From Alphaproteobacteria bacterium (GTDB lineage Bacteria > Pseudomonadota > Alphaproteobacteria > MPNO01 > UBA830), in assembly GCA_965243135.1 (NCBI GenBank), contig OZ251539.1, positions 4,416,001 through 4,480,000 on the forward strand: a stretch of DNA of 64,000 nt, in the 5' to 3' direction. Positions 10,532-22,020 of this stretch are shown piece by piece. Every line of letters starts with the position of its first letter. The first letter of the stretch is position 1. Made by a program: the position numbers and the translations under genes. The notes under the pieces are model-generated. The model saw only the letters and a program-made list of their open reading frames with translations, did not search any database and was not told where the DNA came from.

Positions 10532-11869
10532 ATGCCCGAATGGTGGATCGTACTGCTTCTCATCTTCGGCGCCCTTGTGGTCCTGCTGGCGATGGGCGTG
10601 CCGGTCGCCTTCGCCTTTCTCGGCATCAACGTCGTCGGCGTCTTCCTGTTCTGGAACGGCTTCGCCGGCTTCAACCAGCTGGTGCTTTCGGTCAGCACCT
10701 CCGTCGCGCATTTTTCCATTCTTCCGGTCCCTCTGTTCATCCTCATGGGAGAGGTGATGTTCAGATCCGGAATTGCCTCGAAGCAGATGGAGGTGCTCGA
10801 TTCCTGGTTCGGCCGCGTGCCCGGCCGGCTGAGCATGATGGCGGTGGGCGGCGGCACGATGTTCGCCACGCTGACCGGATCCGGCATGGCGGGCACGGCC
10901 ATGCTCGGCAAGCTCCTCGTTCCCGACATGGAGAAGCGCGGCTACGCGAAGCCGATGACGCTCGGCCCCATCCTCGGATCCGGCGGACTCGCGATCATGA
11001 TCCCGCCCTCGGCGCTGGGCGTTCTGCTGGCGGCGATCGGCGATTTCTCGGTCGGCGATTTCCTGATCGCGATCATCGTGCCCGGCTTGCTCATGGGCGT
11101 CCTGTACGCTTTGTACATATTGATTCGCTGTTCGCTCCAACCCCATCTGGCGCCGCCGTACGACATTCCGCCCCAACCGCTCCTCCCGAAAATCGGCAAC
11201 ACGCTGCTTTACGTGTTTCCGCTCGCCGCGATCGTCTTTCTGGTCATCGGCCTGATTTTTCTGGGCGTGGCGACTCCCACCGAGTCGGCGGCGCTGGGCG
11301 CGGCCGGCACCTTCGTTCTCGCGGCGTTGTACCGAGGCCTGAAATGGAAGGTCGTGACCGAATCCCTGAAGTCGACGCTCGGAACGACGGTCATGATGTT
11401 CATGATCCTGACGGGTTCCACGGCGTTCGGACAGATCCTCGCCTTCACCGGCGCGTCCCGCGGACTGGTCGAACTCGCGACGGCCGTCGAGGTCGCGCCC
11501 TTCGTGATCGTCGTGCTCATGATGCTCGTCCTCATGCTCATGGGCACGTTCATGGAACCGCTCTCGATCATGTTCCTGACCCTTCCCATCTACCTTCCGA
11601 TCATCGAGGCCCTCGCGCCGGGCCTGAACCTGACCCCGGAACAGGCGACGATCTGGTTCGGGGCCATCATGCTGCTGAACATGCAGATGGCGAGCACGTC
11701 GCCGCCGTTCGGACTTCAGTTGTTCGTGATGAAGGGCGTGGCGCCCGCAGGCACCCGCATGATGGACATCTACAAGTCGGCGCTGCCCTTCCTCGGCTGC
11801 GATTCCGTCGTCATGCTGTCGATGATCGTCTTCCCGCCGATCGTCCTGTGGCTCCCGGGCATGTCGTGA
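10532..11869 (+). CDS. dctM: TRAP transporter large permease DctM
   Basis: VPLFILMGE, GGLAIMIPPS, TPTESAALG, SPPFG motifs. Confidence 0.93.
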   Translation: MPEWWIVLLLIFGALVVLLAMGVPVAFAFLGINVVGVFLFWNGFAGFNQLVLSVSTSVAHFSILPVPLFILMGEVMFRSGIASKQMEVLDSWFGRVPGRLSMMAVGGGTMFATLTGSGMAGTAMLGKLLVPDMEKRGYAKPMTLGPILGSGGLAIMIPPSALGVLLAAIGDFSVGDFLIAIIVPGLLMGVLYALYILIRCSLQPHLAPPYDIPPQPLLPKIGNTLLYVFPLAAIVFLVIGLIFLGVATPTESAALGAAGTFVLAALYRGLKWKVVTESLKSTLGTTVMMFMILTGSTAFGQILAFTGASRGLVELATAVEVAPFVIVVLMMLVLMLMGTFMEPLSIMFLTLPIYLPIIEALAPGLNLTPEQATIWFGAIMLLNMQMASTSPPFGLQLFVMKGVAPAGTRMMDIYKSALPFLGCDSVVMLSMIVFPPIVLWLPGMS

Positions 11870-12301
11870 ACCGGAGAATGCCGGGATCCTTGCCGGCGCG
11901 GACGGTCGGCATGACGAACGAGACGATGATCGCGTGGGGGAAGCGGGATCGCGCGAAACGGAAGCGGGGCGGCAAGAGCCGGAACGTCGGTCGTCTTTCG
12001 GCAACGCCCGCTTTCGCTTCTTTTCGAATGAAGGAGCGCCTCGTTCGCCGACGCATTGCGGAAAACGGTGACGGCGAAGCGAAATTCCGGTTGCCGGCAA
12101 GGGTCGCCCGACGCGCGGGCTACAGCCGAAGGCAGGAACCGAGGCGGGCCGACGTCCGTCCGGAATGCTTCCCGGGGTCGCGAAGCCGTGGCCGGCCGTG
12201 GACGACAGCGGCGGTTTTTGAGACAAGCGGGCGCCGCCGCTTGCGGCAGTCCGGCGTCTCCGCGGAATCTCGACATGGCATGCGCCGATAAAATCGTCGA
12301 A

Positions 12302-14377
12302 ATGAAGGAATCGCGAGCCGGATACCGTATCGGCGTGGACGTGGGCGGCACGTTCACCGACGTGGTCGTCGCGGGAGGGCCTGGATTGAAGGCGATCAAG
12401 GTTCCGACGACGCCGGGCGACCTCGCGAACGGCGTCATGGACGGCGTTCGGTCCGCAGCCGCCGCGGCAGGCATCGGCCTCCCGGAACTCCGGGAGATCG
12501 TTCACGGTTCGACCACCGGAACCAATGCGCTGATCGAACGGTCGGGAGCCAGAGTGGGGTTCCTGACCACCGCGGGTTTTCGCGACATCCTCGAAATCGG
12601 CCGGGTGCAGCGTCCAATGGCCGGCCTTTACGACTTCACCGTCGATCGGCCGCCGCCGCTGGTTCCCCGACGCCTTTGCCTCGAAGCCGGCGAGCGCATC
12701 GACGCCGCCGGCGCCGTCGTCCGGCCGCTGGACGAAGACAGCGTTCGCGCCGCCGCCGACGAGTTCGCGCGGCGCGGCGCGGAGGCCGTCGCGATCTGTT
12801 TCCTCTTCGCCCACCTCAACCCGATCCACGAAGAGCGCGCCGCCGCCATCGTCGCCGCGCGGCTCCCGGAGGTGCCGGTCACGGTTTCCAGCCGCGCGAG
12901 CCCGGAGTACCGGGAATACGAACGGGCCTCGACGGCGGTGATAAACGCCTACCTCGCGCCGGTCGTCGACGGCTATCTCGAAAATCTGGAGCGACGGATC
13001 GGCAAGGAGGCGAAGAGCGCCATGCTGTCGATCATTCAGGCGAACGGAGGATCCGCCTCGGTCGAGCGCGCCCGGCGCGCGCCGGTCTCGACCGTGAACT
13101 CGGGACCGTGCGGAGGCGTCGTGGCCGCGGCGCTTTACGGCCGCCGGCATGGACGAAACCGCGTCGTGTCGGTCGACATGGGCGGCACCTCTTTCGACAT
13201 CGGCTTGATCGAGGACGGCCGCTCGCGGATCACGACCGAGGGGGAGTTTCAGGGCCTCCCCGTGAAGATCCCGATCGTCGACCTGCACATCATCGGCGCC
13301 GGCGGCGGCTCCATCGCGTGGATCGATCCCGGCGGCGCGCTGAACGTCGGTCCCAATTCCGCCGGCGCGGCGCCGGGACCGGCCTGCTACGGCAGGGGCG
13401 GGACGGAGCCGACCGTGACCGACGCCAACCTCGCGCTGGGACGTCTCGACCCCGGCAAATTCAACGCCGGACGGACCGCGCTCGACCCTGACGCGGCGAG
13501 ACGCGCCGTCGGCGCGCTCGCCGCGAAAATGAATGCCGGCCTCGAAGAGGCGGCGATGGGCATCGTCAAGGTCGTCAACGCCAACATGACCCGCGGCATC
13601 GCGACCGTGACGATCCAGCGCGGAATCGATCCGAGGGATTTCTCTCTCCTCTCGTTCGGAGGTGCCGGCGGCGCGCACGCCTTCGACCTGGCGCGCGACC
13701 TGTCGATGGCCGAAGCGATCGTTCCGCCGTTCCCGGGGACTTTCTCCGCCGTCGGCCTGCTCGCCACCGAAATGCGCCGCGACTACGTCGCGGCGACCGG
13801 CGGCGTCGCGGCCGGGGAGGCGGATCCCGCGGCGTTCGAATCCCTTTTCCGGTCCATGGAGGAAGAAGGCCGCGAGGAACTATCGGCCCGGGGGTTCGAA
13901 GCTTCGGAAATCCGCCTGACGAGGTTCGCGGATCTCAAGGTCGCCGGCCAGACTTACGAACTGTTGTTGCCCCTGCCCGACCAGGGTCCGGTCTCGCGGC
14001 AGGGCATCGACGCGCTTGTCGAAGCCTTCGGCAACCTTTATCGCGAGCGGTACGCGTTCTTCTACGAGGGGGAGTCGGTGGCGCTCGTCAATCTCCGGGT
14101 GAGCGCGGAAGGCCTGAACCCGCGCATCGCCTTCCCGGAAAGCCGGCGCGGCGGGCCGCAACCCGACGCGGCGCGCGACGGTCGCAGGCAAGTTTATTTC
14201 GAAGGCGGGGGATGGACGGACACCCCGATTTATTCCCGCGATCGCCTCGTTCACGGCATGATCGTCGACGGACCGGCGGTGATCGAGGAAGAAACTTCCG
14301 CCACGCTGGCGCCGCCCGGCGCGCGGGTCGAGGTCATGCCGGATCTGGGGCTGACCCTTCGCGGAACGACGAGCTGA
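12302..14377 (+). CDS. hyuA: Hydantoinase/oxoprolinase subunit A (ATP-binding)
   Basis: GVDVGGTFTD, DMGGTSFD, GAGGGSIA, SAGAAPGPACYGRGG. Confidence 0.92.
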   Translation: MKESRAGYRIGVDVGGTFTDVVVAGGPGLKAIKVPTTPGDLANGVMDGVRSAAAAAGIGLPELREIVHGSTTGTNALIERSGARVGFLTTAGFRDILEIGRVQRPMAGLYDFTVDRPPPLVPRRLCLEAGERIDAAGAVVRPLDEDSVRAAADEFARRGAEAVAICFLFAHLNPIHEERAAAIVAARLPEVPVTVSSRASPEYREYERASTAVINAYLAPVVDGYLENLERRIGKEAKSAMLSIIQANGGSASVERARRAPVSTVNSGPCGGVVAAALYGRRHGRNRVVSVDMGGTSFDIGLIEDGRSRITTEGEFQGLPVKIPIVDLHIIGAGGGSIAWIDPGGALNVGPNSAGAAPGPACYGRGGTEPTVTDANLALGRLDPGKFNAGRTALDPDAARRAVGALAAKMNAGLEEAAMGIVKVVNANMTRGIATVTIQRGIDPRDFSLLSFGGAGGAHAFDLARDLSMAEAIVPPFPGTFSAVGLLATEMRRDYVAATGGVAAGEADPAAFESLFRSMEEEGREELSARGFEASEIRLTRFADLKVAGQTYELLLPLPDQGPVSRQGIDALVEAFGNLYRERYAFFYEGESVALVNLRVSAEGLNPRIAFPESRRGGPQPDAARDGRRQVYFEGGGWTDTPIYSRDRLVHGMIVDGPAVIEEETSATLAPPGARVEVMPDLGLTLRGTTS

Positions 14378-14381
14378 CGGC

Positions 14382-16127
14382 ATGAACGATCTCGTCACGA
14401 TGCAGGTGATCCGCTACGCGTCCGAACAGATAGCCGACGAGATGGGCTATACGCTGGTGCGCACCGGCCGCTCGACGATCATCACGGAGATCAAGGACAT
14501 TTCCTGCGTCGTCACGGACGCGAAGGGGCAGACGGTGGCCCAGGCGCATCATACGCCCAGCTTGCTGGCCGGCTTCGAGATCACGATGCGGGAGCTGGTC
14601 GGGGAATTCCGTCCGGAGGATCTCGCGCCGGGAGACGTGATCGTCACCAACGATCCTTACCGGGGCGGCCAGCACATCATGGACCTCTACGCTATCGCGC
14701 CGGCCTTCCATCGCGGCGAACTGATCGGCTTCGTCGGCAACATCGCCCATCATTCCGATCTCGGCGGCGTCGCCGCCGGCGGAGTGGCGGGCGGCATCCG
14801 GGAAATCTACCTCGAAGGGCTGCGCCTGCCGATGGTGAAGATCATGAAGGCCGGCATCGAAGACCGGGAAATCGTCGGCATCATCGCCAACCAGATCCGG
14901 GTGCCCGACAAGACCCTCGGCGACATCCGCGCCCAAATCAGCTCGCTGATGGTCGGCACCGACCGCCTGGCCCGCCTGTTCGACCGGTACGGCAAACCGG
15001 CGGTGAAACGGGCGTGGGCGGATCTGCTGGACTATTCGGAGCGGCGCATGCGCCAGGGGCTGGCCGCTCTTCCCGACGGCATCTACGAGGCGGAAGACCA
15101 TATCGACGACGACGGCGTGAACGACGAACCGATCCGCGTAACCGTCCAGGTCGCGATCAAAGGAGACCGGGCCGTCGTCGATCTCCGGGGTTGCGATCCG
15201 CAAGCCGAGGGCAACACCAATTCGACCATCGCCAATACCCACGCCGCGATCTACTACGCGATGATCGCGGTGGTCGATCCGCATGCGCCCCCCAATTCCG
15301 GTTGCTATCGCCCGATCAAGGTGGTGACGAAGAAAGGAACGATCGCCGACCCGTTGCCGCCGGGCGCCGTCGCCGCGCGAACCAACGCGTCCCAGAAGAT
15401 CGCCGAAAGCATGTTCTTCGCGCTGTCGAAGGCCGCGCCCGACAGGGTCACCGCGGGCAGCCACGGGCAGATCACGACATGCGGCTTCGGGGGCAAGGAT
15501 CCGAAGACGGGCGAGCCGTTCATCTTCACCGACATCCAGGGGGGAGGCAACGGAGGACGTCCACGGCAAGACGGCGCCGACGGGCAGGACAGTCATCTGC
15601 CACGCTTCATGAACACCCCGGTCGAGGCGGTCGAACAGAGTTTCCCGGTGCGGATCGAGCGTTACGAATTTTTGCCGGACAGCGGCGGCGCCGGAAAATA
15701 CCGGGGCAGTCTCGCGCTGCGGCGCGACATCCGCCTGCTGACGGGACCGGTCAGCTTCGCCCGCTACGCCGACCGTCACAAGTTCCGGCCGCGAGGTCTT
15801 TTCGGCGGCAAGCCCGGCGACGCGGGCGCCATCGTTCGCAATCCCGATACGCCGAGCGAAGAACGCATGCGGTCCAAGGCGCTGGACGTTCTCGCGGAGG
15901 GAGACGTCGTAAGCCTTCGGCTGCCGGGCGCGGGCGGATACGGCGATCCTCGCGAACGCGGCCTCGAAGCCATCGACCGCGACCTGCAGGACGGCAAGGT
16001 GACGCCGGACGGCGCCGAGCGAGACTACGACGTGGTCGTCGACCGCGACGCGCTCGCGGTCGACGCCGATGCGACCGCCCGGCTCCGCAAGGGCGAAAAA
16101 TCCGGAAACCGGGAGAACGACCGGTGA
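14382..16127 (+). CDS. hyuB: Hydantoinase B/oxoprolinase subunit B
   Basis: [46 protein letters not shown]. Confidence 0.92.
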   Translation: MNDLVTMQVIRYASEQIADEMGYTLVRTGRSTIITEIKDISCVVTDAKGQTVAQAHHTPSLLAGFEITMRELVGEFRPEDLAPGDVIVTNDPYRGGQHIMDLYAIAPAFHRGELIGFVGNIAHHSDLGGVAAGGVAGGIREIYLEGLRLPMVKIMKAGIEDREIVGIIANQIRVPDKTLGDIRAQISSLMVGTDRLARLFDRYGKPAVKRAWADLLDYSERRMRQGLAALPDGIYEAEDHIDDDGVNDEPIRVTVQVAIKGDRAVVDLRGCDPQAEGNTNSTIANTHAAIYYAMIAVVDPHAPPNSGCYRPIKVVTKKGTIADPLPPGAVAARTNASQKIAESMFFALSKAAPDRVTAGSHGQITTCGFGGKDPKTGEPFIFTDIQGGGNGGRPRQDGADGQDSHLPRFMNTPVEAVEQSFPVRIERYEFLPDSGGAGKYRGSLALRRDIRLLTGPVSFARYADRHKFRPRGLFGGKPGDAGAIVRNPDTPSEERMRSKALDVLAEGDVVSLRLPGAGGYGDPRERGLEAIDRDLQDGKVTPDGAERDYDVVVDRDALAVDADATARLRKGEKSGNRENDR

Positions 16128-17254
16128 TCGAACCGCCGGAAGACCTCCGCGCTATCCGAGAAACCTTCTCGCGCTTTTCCGACGAACGGATCGCGCCGCA
16201 GGCCGAAGAGCTCGACGAAGCGCATGCCTTCCCCCGCGCCTTGTTTCGCGAGATCGGAGATCTCGGTTTCTTTCGCATGCGCTATCCGGAGAGGATCGGC
16301 GGCCTGGAGCTCGGCATGCTTCCCTTCTGCATCGCTTGCGAGGAACTGTCGCGCGGTTCGATGGCGGTCGCGGCCTGCTGCTCGATGCAAGCGCTGATGG
16401 GAACGCATTTTCTCAACGAGCTGGGCGACGAGGATATCGTCGAACGCCTGCTGGTTCCCGCTCTCGACGGCGAGAAGGTGGGCAGCATCTGCATGACCGA
16501 GCCCGACGCCGGGTCGGACCTGAGGGGCATGACGACGCGCGCCAGGAAGGTCGAGGGCGGCTGGCTGCTCAACGGCCGAAAGACCTGGGTGACCTCCGCT
16601 CCCGTCGCCGACTTCTTCACGGTCTTCGCCAAGGCCGGCGAAGAGGACGGGATCACCATATTCCTTGCGGAGCGCGGCTTCGAGGGGCTGCGGGTCGGCC
16701 GCGCGATCGAAAAGCTCGGCGTCCGCGCCATGCCGACCTCGGAACTGGCGTTCGACGACTGCTTCGTCCCCGACAGCCACCGGCTCTGCGCCGTCGGCGA
16801 GGGAGAACGGCATTTACGCGCGATCCTCGACCGCATCCGCATCATGACCGGCGCGCTAGGAGTCGGCATCGCAAGAGCCGCCGTCGACTCGGCCGTGGCC
16901 TACGCTGGCGAGCGAAAACAGTTCGGCAAGGCGATCGACCGGTTTCAGGCGATCCAGATGCGGATCGCCGACATGGGCACGGAGCTGGAAGCCGCGCGGC
17001 ATCTCGTCGTTCGCGCAGCCGAGCTCTGCGACGCCGGCGGGCCGCACCGCAAGGAGGCGGCGATGGCCAAGCTGTTCGCGTCCGAGGCGGCGGCCCGGAT
17101 CTGCGAGCACGCGTCGCGCATTTACGCCTCCTACGGGTTCGCCATGGAATACCCTGCCCAACGCTATTTGCGCGATGTCCGTTTCCTGTTGATCGGCGGC
17201 GGAACGAGCGAAATTCTCAAGCTGGTCATCGCGAAGGAAGTCGCGGCGGGCTGA
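16124..17254 (+). CDS. Acyl-CoA dehydrogenase
   Basis: [36 protein letters not shown]; GTGA overlap with the hyuB stop. Confidence 0.92.
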   Translation: MIEPPEDLRAIRETFSRFSDERIAPQAEELDEAHAFPRALFREIGDLGFFRMRYPERIGGLELGMLPFCIACEELSRGSMAVAACCSMQALMGTHFLNELGDEDIVERLLVPALDGEKVGSICMTEPDAGSDLRGMTTRARKVEGGWLLNGRKTWVTSAPVADFFTVFAKAGEEDGITIFLAERGFEGLRVGRAIEKLGVRAMPTSELAFDDCFVPDSHRLCAVGEGERHLRAILDRIRIMTGALGVGIARAAVDSAVAYAGERKQFGKAIDRFQAIQMRIADMGTELEAARHLVVRAAELCDAGGPHRKEAAMAKLFASEAAARICEHASRIYASYGFAMEYPAQRYLRDVRFLLIGGGTSEILKLVIAKEVAAG

Positions 17255-17451
17255 GCCGCGAGCGGAGGCGCGAGGCATGGCCGACGGACCGACGGAGACA
17301 GCGATTCCCAACCCAGCATTCGACGGTCGCGACGGCGGCGCGAAGACCGCGCGCCTCGCCGGACCGACGCGGCGACCGGCGAAATGACCCAAGCGCCGGT
17401 CGAAATCCGCGAACGTTGCCGGAAACCGAACACGACGCCGGGAGAAACGCC

Positions 17452-18654
17452 TTGAAACCACGCACCGTGATTTCCATGGAGCAGGCGCTCGCCCTGCCGT
17501 ACGCCACGATGCGCTTCGCGCATCTGGGATGGCGGGTAATCCGCGTCGAAGCGGCCGACGGCCGCGATCACCCGGGCGACGCCAACCGCTATATCGGCGG
17601 CGAAGTGCCCGGGATCGAGCCCCGTTCGTATTTCCTCGCCCAGAACGTCGGCAAGGAAGCGGTCGCCCTCAATCTCAAGACGGAAGCCGGGCGCGAAGCG
17701 CTGCACCGAATGATCCGGGAGCTGAACGCCGAGGTTTTCTGTTGCAACACCATACCGAGCCGTTACCGGTCGCTCGGCATCGACTACGAAACGTTGAGCG
17801 GCGTCAGGCCGGAGCTGATCTGGGCGGGCATTTCGGCGATGGGACCGCACTACCCGACCGTCGCCGGCTACGATCCGGTGATACAGGCCATGTCCGGGTA
17901 TATGGAGGTGACCGGTTTCGCGGACGGGCCGCCGACGTTGATCGGGGTGCCTCTGGTCGATCTCAAGGCCGGCGACGAAGTCTATTCCAACGTGCTGCTG
18001 GCGCTTGCGGAACAGGCCGAGGGCAGCGGCGGCAGACGGATCGACGTTTCCATGCTTCAGGCCGCCGCGTCCTGGCTGATCACGCTGCTGCCGCTCATCG
18101 ATCTCGATTGCGGTCCGGAGGAAATCGCGCGCTGGGGAAACGCCCACCGAAAGTTCATCCCGACGAACGTGTATCCGACGCGCGACGGCTACATCTACAT
18201 TGCGATCGGCAGCAACGCGCAGTGGCGACGCCTGATCGCGATCGAACGCTTCGCCGCTGTCGGCAAGGACGGCGCGAGAGATACGCCGGAAGCGAGATAC
18301 GACGACCGGGAAGCGATCTATCGGGAAATCGGCGATTTGACCGGCGGCGCCACGATCGCGGAGGTATCGAAGGAACTGTCGCAGGCGCAAATTCCCAATA
18401 CGCCGATCAACGACGTCCGGCAGGTTCACGAAATGGAAGCGGTTCGGTCGAGGATGACCCGGACGACCCTGCCGACGGGCCGAGAGCTCAGGCTGCAACC
18501 GATGGCCGTCGACTTGCCCGGCCAGCCAGCCGAGTTTTCCGTTCCGCCGGCCTACGGTCAGGACACTCGCACGGTTCTCCAAGAGATCGGCTATCCGGAC
18601 CCGGAAATCGACGCGCTCGCGGCAGCGGGGCATATATCCCTCGGCGCAAGCTGA
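17452..18654 (+). CDS. Family III (CaiB/BaiF) CoA transferase
   Basis: [33 protein letters not shown]; TTG start inferred. Confidence 0.9.
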   Translation: MKPRTVISMEQALALPYATMRFAHLGWRVIRVEAADGRDHPGDANRYIGGEVPGIEPRSYFLAQNVGKEAVALNLKTEAGREALHRMIRELNAEVFCCNTIPSRYRSLGIDYETLSGVRPELIWAGISAMGPHYPTVAGYDPVIQAMSGYMEVTGFADGPPTLIGVPLVDLKAGDEVYSNVLLALAEQAEGSGGRRIDVSMLQAAASWLITLLPLIDLDCGPEEIARWGNAHRKFIPTNVYPTRDGYIYIAIGSNAQWRRLIAIERFAAVGKDGARDTPEARYDDREAIYREIGDLTGGATIAEVSKELSQAQIPNTPINDVRQVHEMEAVRSRMTRTTLPTGRELRLQPMAVDLPGQPAEFSVPPAYGQDTRTVLQEIGYPDPEIDALAAAGHISLGAS

Positions 18655-18762
18655 ACCCCCTCGTCACCGGAGTCGGCAAAGCGCTGCAAACCGATTACAG
18701 AAGGCGTCTGAGCTTCGCTTCACGGTTTAGAACGGAGCGTGAAATCAGAAACTCCCGCACCA

Positions 18763-19782
18763 TCAAGGTAACAATTCATCTAATCGTTCGCTTGAACCGA
18801 TATAGCCTATGGCGTATTTCGTTATCATTTTTTGCAAGTCCTCCGCGAATATAAACTCTATGTTGTTGTCTTTTCCTTTCTGCCTAATTTTTTCATTATC
18901 CTCCTTATTTGATCTAGTAACTACGATGACTTTTGAAATCAATTTCAAGTCTTTTTCTATTGGATCTGCGTTCCAGTATTCCGCTTTTTCTATCTGTTCA
19001 ATCGCGTGATCGTCGACTTGTCCCTCATAATCCTTAACTTGAACGGCTATCACATACTGCTTCCCTGGAGAAATCCCGGGAATTTTAATTCGTATATCCG
19101 TGCCATGCTTTATCTCTTCACGCCCACCAACCTTCTCAATAACAGCATCTGGATAATGCATCTGCAAGATTTTCGCAACGATCCCTTCCCACTCCTTTCC
19201 ATTAATTTCTCTATTGAGCGTTTCGAAAACTTCATTTCCAAAATCTTTCACTTTACCAAAGGCGCTTCCAGTAATTATATTTTTCAGTCTATCGAATTCG
19301 GTTATCCCGCCGCGAAGTTTCTCCGAATCCGCATCAATTATTTTCTCAATATCATCACAATAATGATCAATGTTCCAAAATCGACTTTGGTTTTTCAACG
19401 TCGCGCGGATATTGCCTGTCACCGGCTCGCCATCTCTGCGGAATTGCTTGAGGTGTCGCGCCGGAAAAATATGTCCATGGTCTTCGTCCAAGATAGAGAA
19501 ATCGTAGCCTCTATTCCAATCGTCTGTCGCCTCGACGACAGAGACCTCGGTCCAATCCGGCAGTCTGGGCACGAGGAGGATATGTCCCTTTTTGACTTCT
19601 TTGAACATCCTCATGTTTCTGGAAGCGCCCTCGTCGACCGTCAAACGTCGAAGATCTTGTCCCTCGTCCCATCCCCATCCTTGGCGCAAGCGCCCCTCCT
19701 GCAACTCTTTCCACAGGAGGCCAATGTTGCTGGTATCGATCCGGCAACCCCAGTATCGGCGTTCCTCGATCATGGTTGACAT
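18763..19782 (-). CDS. Mrr-like restriction endonuclease (C-terminal PD-(D/E)XK domain)
   Basis: GTDIRIK...IAVQVKDY catalytic pattern; N-terminal LRQGWG domain; AT-rich; AAGGAG RBS. Confidence 0.7.
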   Translation of the reverse strand: MSTMIEERRYWGCRIDTSNIGLLWKELQEGRLRQGWGWDEGQDLRRLTVDEGASRNMRMFKEVKKGHILLVPRLPDWTEVSVVEATDDWNRGYDFSILDEDHGHIFPARHLKQFRRDGEPVTGNIRATLKNQSRFWNIDHYCDDIEKIIDADSEKLRGGITEFDRLKNIITGSAFGKVKDFGNEVFETLNREINGKEWEGIVAKILQMHYPDAVIEKVGGREEIKHGTDIRIKIPGISPGKQYVIAVQVKDYEGQVDDHAIEQIEKAEYWNADPIEKDLKLISKVIVVTRSNKEDNEKIRQKGKDNNIEFIFAEDLQKMITKYAIGYIGSSERLDELLP

Positions 19783-19979
19783 TCTCCTTGTACGCCTCGC
19801 GCAAAAAAACCTTCGGCATCAAGCTTATCTGGCGAGTTCCTTCATAGGAATACCCCCCCCTGTCAACTCCGAAGTGCAACGCCGGCGGGCGCAGTTGATA
19901 GAAGGCTTCGGACCTCATGAATGAGGCTCTCGGACCGGCACTGGAACGTTCTCCCGGTGCCGGACAGCGGCTCCCGGCC

Positions 19980-21524
19980 TCAAACGGTCTCGAACTCGAA
20001 CCCGACGATGTTGCGCTCCTCCCGGCCGAACTCCACCCCGATCAGGTGGACCTGCACGCCCGGACGCCGGTACTTGTCCGCGTAGCCGCGTTCCCGAATC
20101 TGCGCCAGAGCCCGGCCTTGCGGCTTCCCGTCCGCGACCTTGAACTCGAACAGGTAGACGCCGCCGCCATACAGGACCGTCAGGTCCGAACGGCCGCGCG
20201 CCGTGCTCTCCTCCGCGCGGACGTCCATCCCCGCCGCCACGAAGTGCGAGTAGAACACGCTCGCGTAGTGCGCCTCGTAGCCCGCCATGCCCGTGTTCGC
20301 GTACCACTCGTTCGGAATGCTCGCCAGGAACGCCCGGAACCGCCGCTCGAGGCCCGCGAAGTCGTTCGTCCGCATCAGGCGGCGCAACTCCCGGCTCTCC
20401 GCCGCGACCGCGACGTCCGGCGCCATCGCCTTCAGCAGGAGCGCGTTCAGGCTGCGCTTCACCTCCTGGTTCGGGTAGTCCAGCCGGTAGAAACGAACGC
20501 CCTCGTCCTGCTCTTCGCCGACGATGGTCAGGTAGCCGGTCTGGAACAGCAGCGCCTCGACGGGAATGCGGTCGATATCGATGGCCGACAGCAGATCGTC
20601 GTCCGCAACCAGGTCCTCCAGGGCCGGCGGCGCGAACCGGCGCCGCGACAGAAGGTCGGCGAGGAAGGTCGGCGTGCCGGTCCGGAACCAGTGCGCCTCG
20701 AACTCGCGCGTTTCGAAGAGAAGGAGAATGTCGAACGGGTTGTAGACCTTGTCCGCGCCGCGCCAGTTGTAGCCGTTGTACCAGCGCTGGACTTCCTTCC
20801 GGTCCAGGCCCTCGAGTTCCGGGGCGAAGACCGCGTCCAGTTCCGCGTCCGTGTAGCCGCAGATGGCGCCGAAACGCGGATCGAGGGTGATGTCGCGCAG
20901 GTTGTTCAGGCCCGAGAACAGGCCCGCCTGCGAGAACTTGCTCACCCCCGTCAGGAAAACGAAACGGAGCTGCTCGTCGCACTCCTTGATCATCGCATAG
21001 AAGCCGCGCAGGAAGTCGCGGTTTGCCGCCGCCAGTTCCCGGTCGCCGAGCGCGTCCAGAATCGGCTTGTCGTATTCGTCCACCAGAACGACCGCCCGCC
21101 GCCCGGTGCGCTCGTGCAGCGTCCTTATCAGGCGCCGGAAACGGATCGACGCCTCGGCAGGTTCCGGTTCGAGGCCGGCCAGCCGCTCCGTCTCCTCCAA
21201 CTGGTCTTCCACGTCTTTCCGAACGAAGTTCGAGGTGTCGAAATTGCCCCCGCCGAAGCTGATCCGCACGACCGGATGGCGCGCCGACCAGTCCCACTTG
21301 CCGTGCACGGCGAGGCCCCGAAACAACTCCTCGCTTCCCTCGAACAGCTTCTGCAGCGTGTCCACCAGCAAGGTCTTGCCGAACCGGCGCGGACGCGACA
21401 GGAAATAGTACCTGCCTCTCTCGACGAGGCGGCGTACATGGTCCGTCTTGTCGACGTAGTAGCAGTCCAGTTCCCGAATCGTCCGGAGGGAGGACATGCC
21501 AGTCGGCAGCATGCGTCTCGTCAT
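19980..21524 (-). CDS. AAA-ATPase-like protein with C-terminal PD-(D/E)XK nuclease
   Basis: YYVDKT, SRPRRFGKT, VDEYDKP, LTGVSKF, GRSDL...LFEFK, QIRERGYADKY. Confidence 0.9.
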   Translation of the reverse strand: MTRRMLPTGMSSLRTIRELDCYYVDKTDHVRRLVERGRYYFLSRPRRFGKTLLVDTLQKLFEGSEELFRGLAVHGKWDWSARHPVVRISFGGGNFDTSNFVRKDVEDQLEETERLAGLEPEPAEASIRFRRLIRTLHERTGRRAVVLVDEYDKPILDALGDRELAAANRDFLRGFYAMIKECDEQLRFVFLTGVSKFSQAGLFSGLNNLRDITLDPRFGAICGYTDAELDAVFAPELEGLDRKEVQRWYNGYNWRGADKVYNPFDILLLFETREFEAHWFRTGTPTFLADLLSRRRFAPPALEDLVADDDLLSAIDIDRIPVEALLFQTGYLTIVGEEQDEGVRFYRLDYPNQEVKRSLNALLLKAMAPDVAVAAESRELRRLMRTNDFAGLERRFRAFLASIPNEWYANTGMAGYEAHYASVFYSHFVAAGMDVRAEESTARGRSDLTVLYGGGVYLFEFKVADGKPQGRALAQIRERGYADKYRRPGVQVHLIGVEFGREERNIVGFEFETV

Positions 21525-21899
21525 CTGGAGAGAGTAGGCCGCCGAACCGGAGCCGTCAAGGAGGAGGCGTTTGCACCGTTCCGTTTTTGTCGGCTGCCGT
21601 CCGCTCGGTGCCCGCGGATTGCCGGTCGCCCGTCAGCAGACCCGCAAGGGTCGCGCAGGCGGGCGAATTCGGAGCAAAAACGAAATATCCGGTCGCTCGG
21701 TGCCGTCCGTCAAGCTCGGGACGGGCCGCGAAGCGGGCGGATGCGAAGCGGCTTGGGGCGGAATCCGCGAAAACGGCGTTTTCGGCGTGGAAAATTCGCA
21801 GTTTTCCATACCCGAATCCGGATAATCGGCCCCCTTGAAACCTGCCTGCATTTCAAGATGTTGGGAACAACGCAAGAATCTCAAAGAGCGACCTCCGTG

Positions 21900-22020
21900 T
21901 CCTGTTCGGTCGCCACCCGGACCGGTTCTGCAGACATGATTATTTGGCGAGTTCTCTCATGGCAATACTGTCCCTCGACATGGTCCTGTCAGCTATTTCC
22001 ATGGATCTCTCGAACTCTTC
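21900..22020 (-). pseudogene. Remnant of an AbrB-type antitoxin C-terminus and Doc-type toxin start
   Basis: Minus strand reads EEFERSMEIADRTMSRDSIAMRELAK* followed 2 nt later by MSAEPVRV... Confidence 0.45.

Noticed and set aside
8960-13678. 1572-aa minus-strand ORF and similar long Arg/Gly/Ala-rich ORFs (e.g. 9226-12291, 19917-22040, 59594-61927)
   Set aside because: Shadow frames of real genes in high-GC DNA; no recognisable motifs
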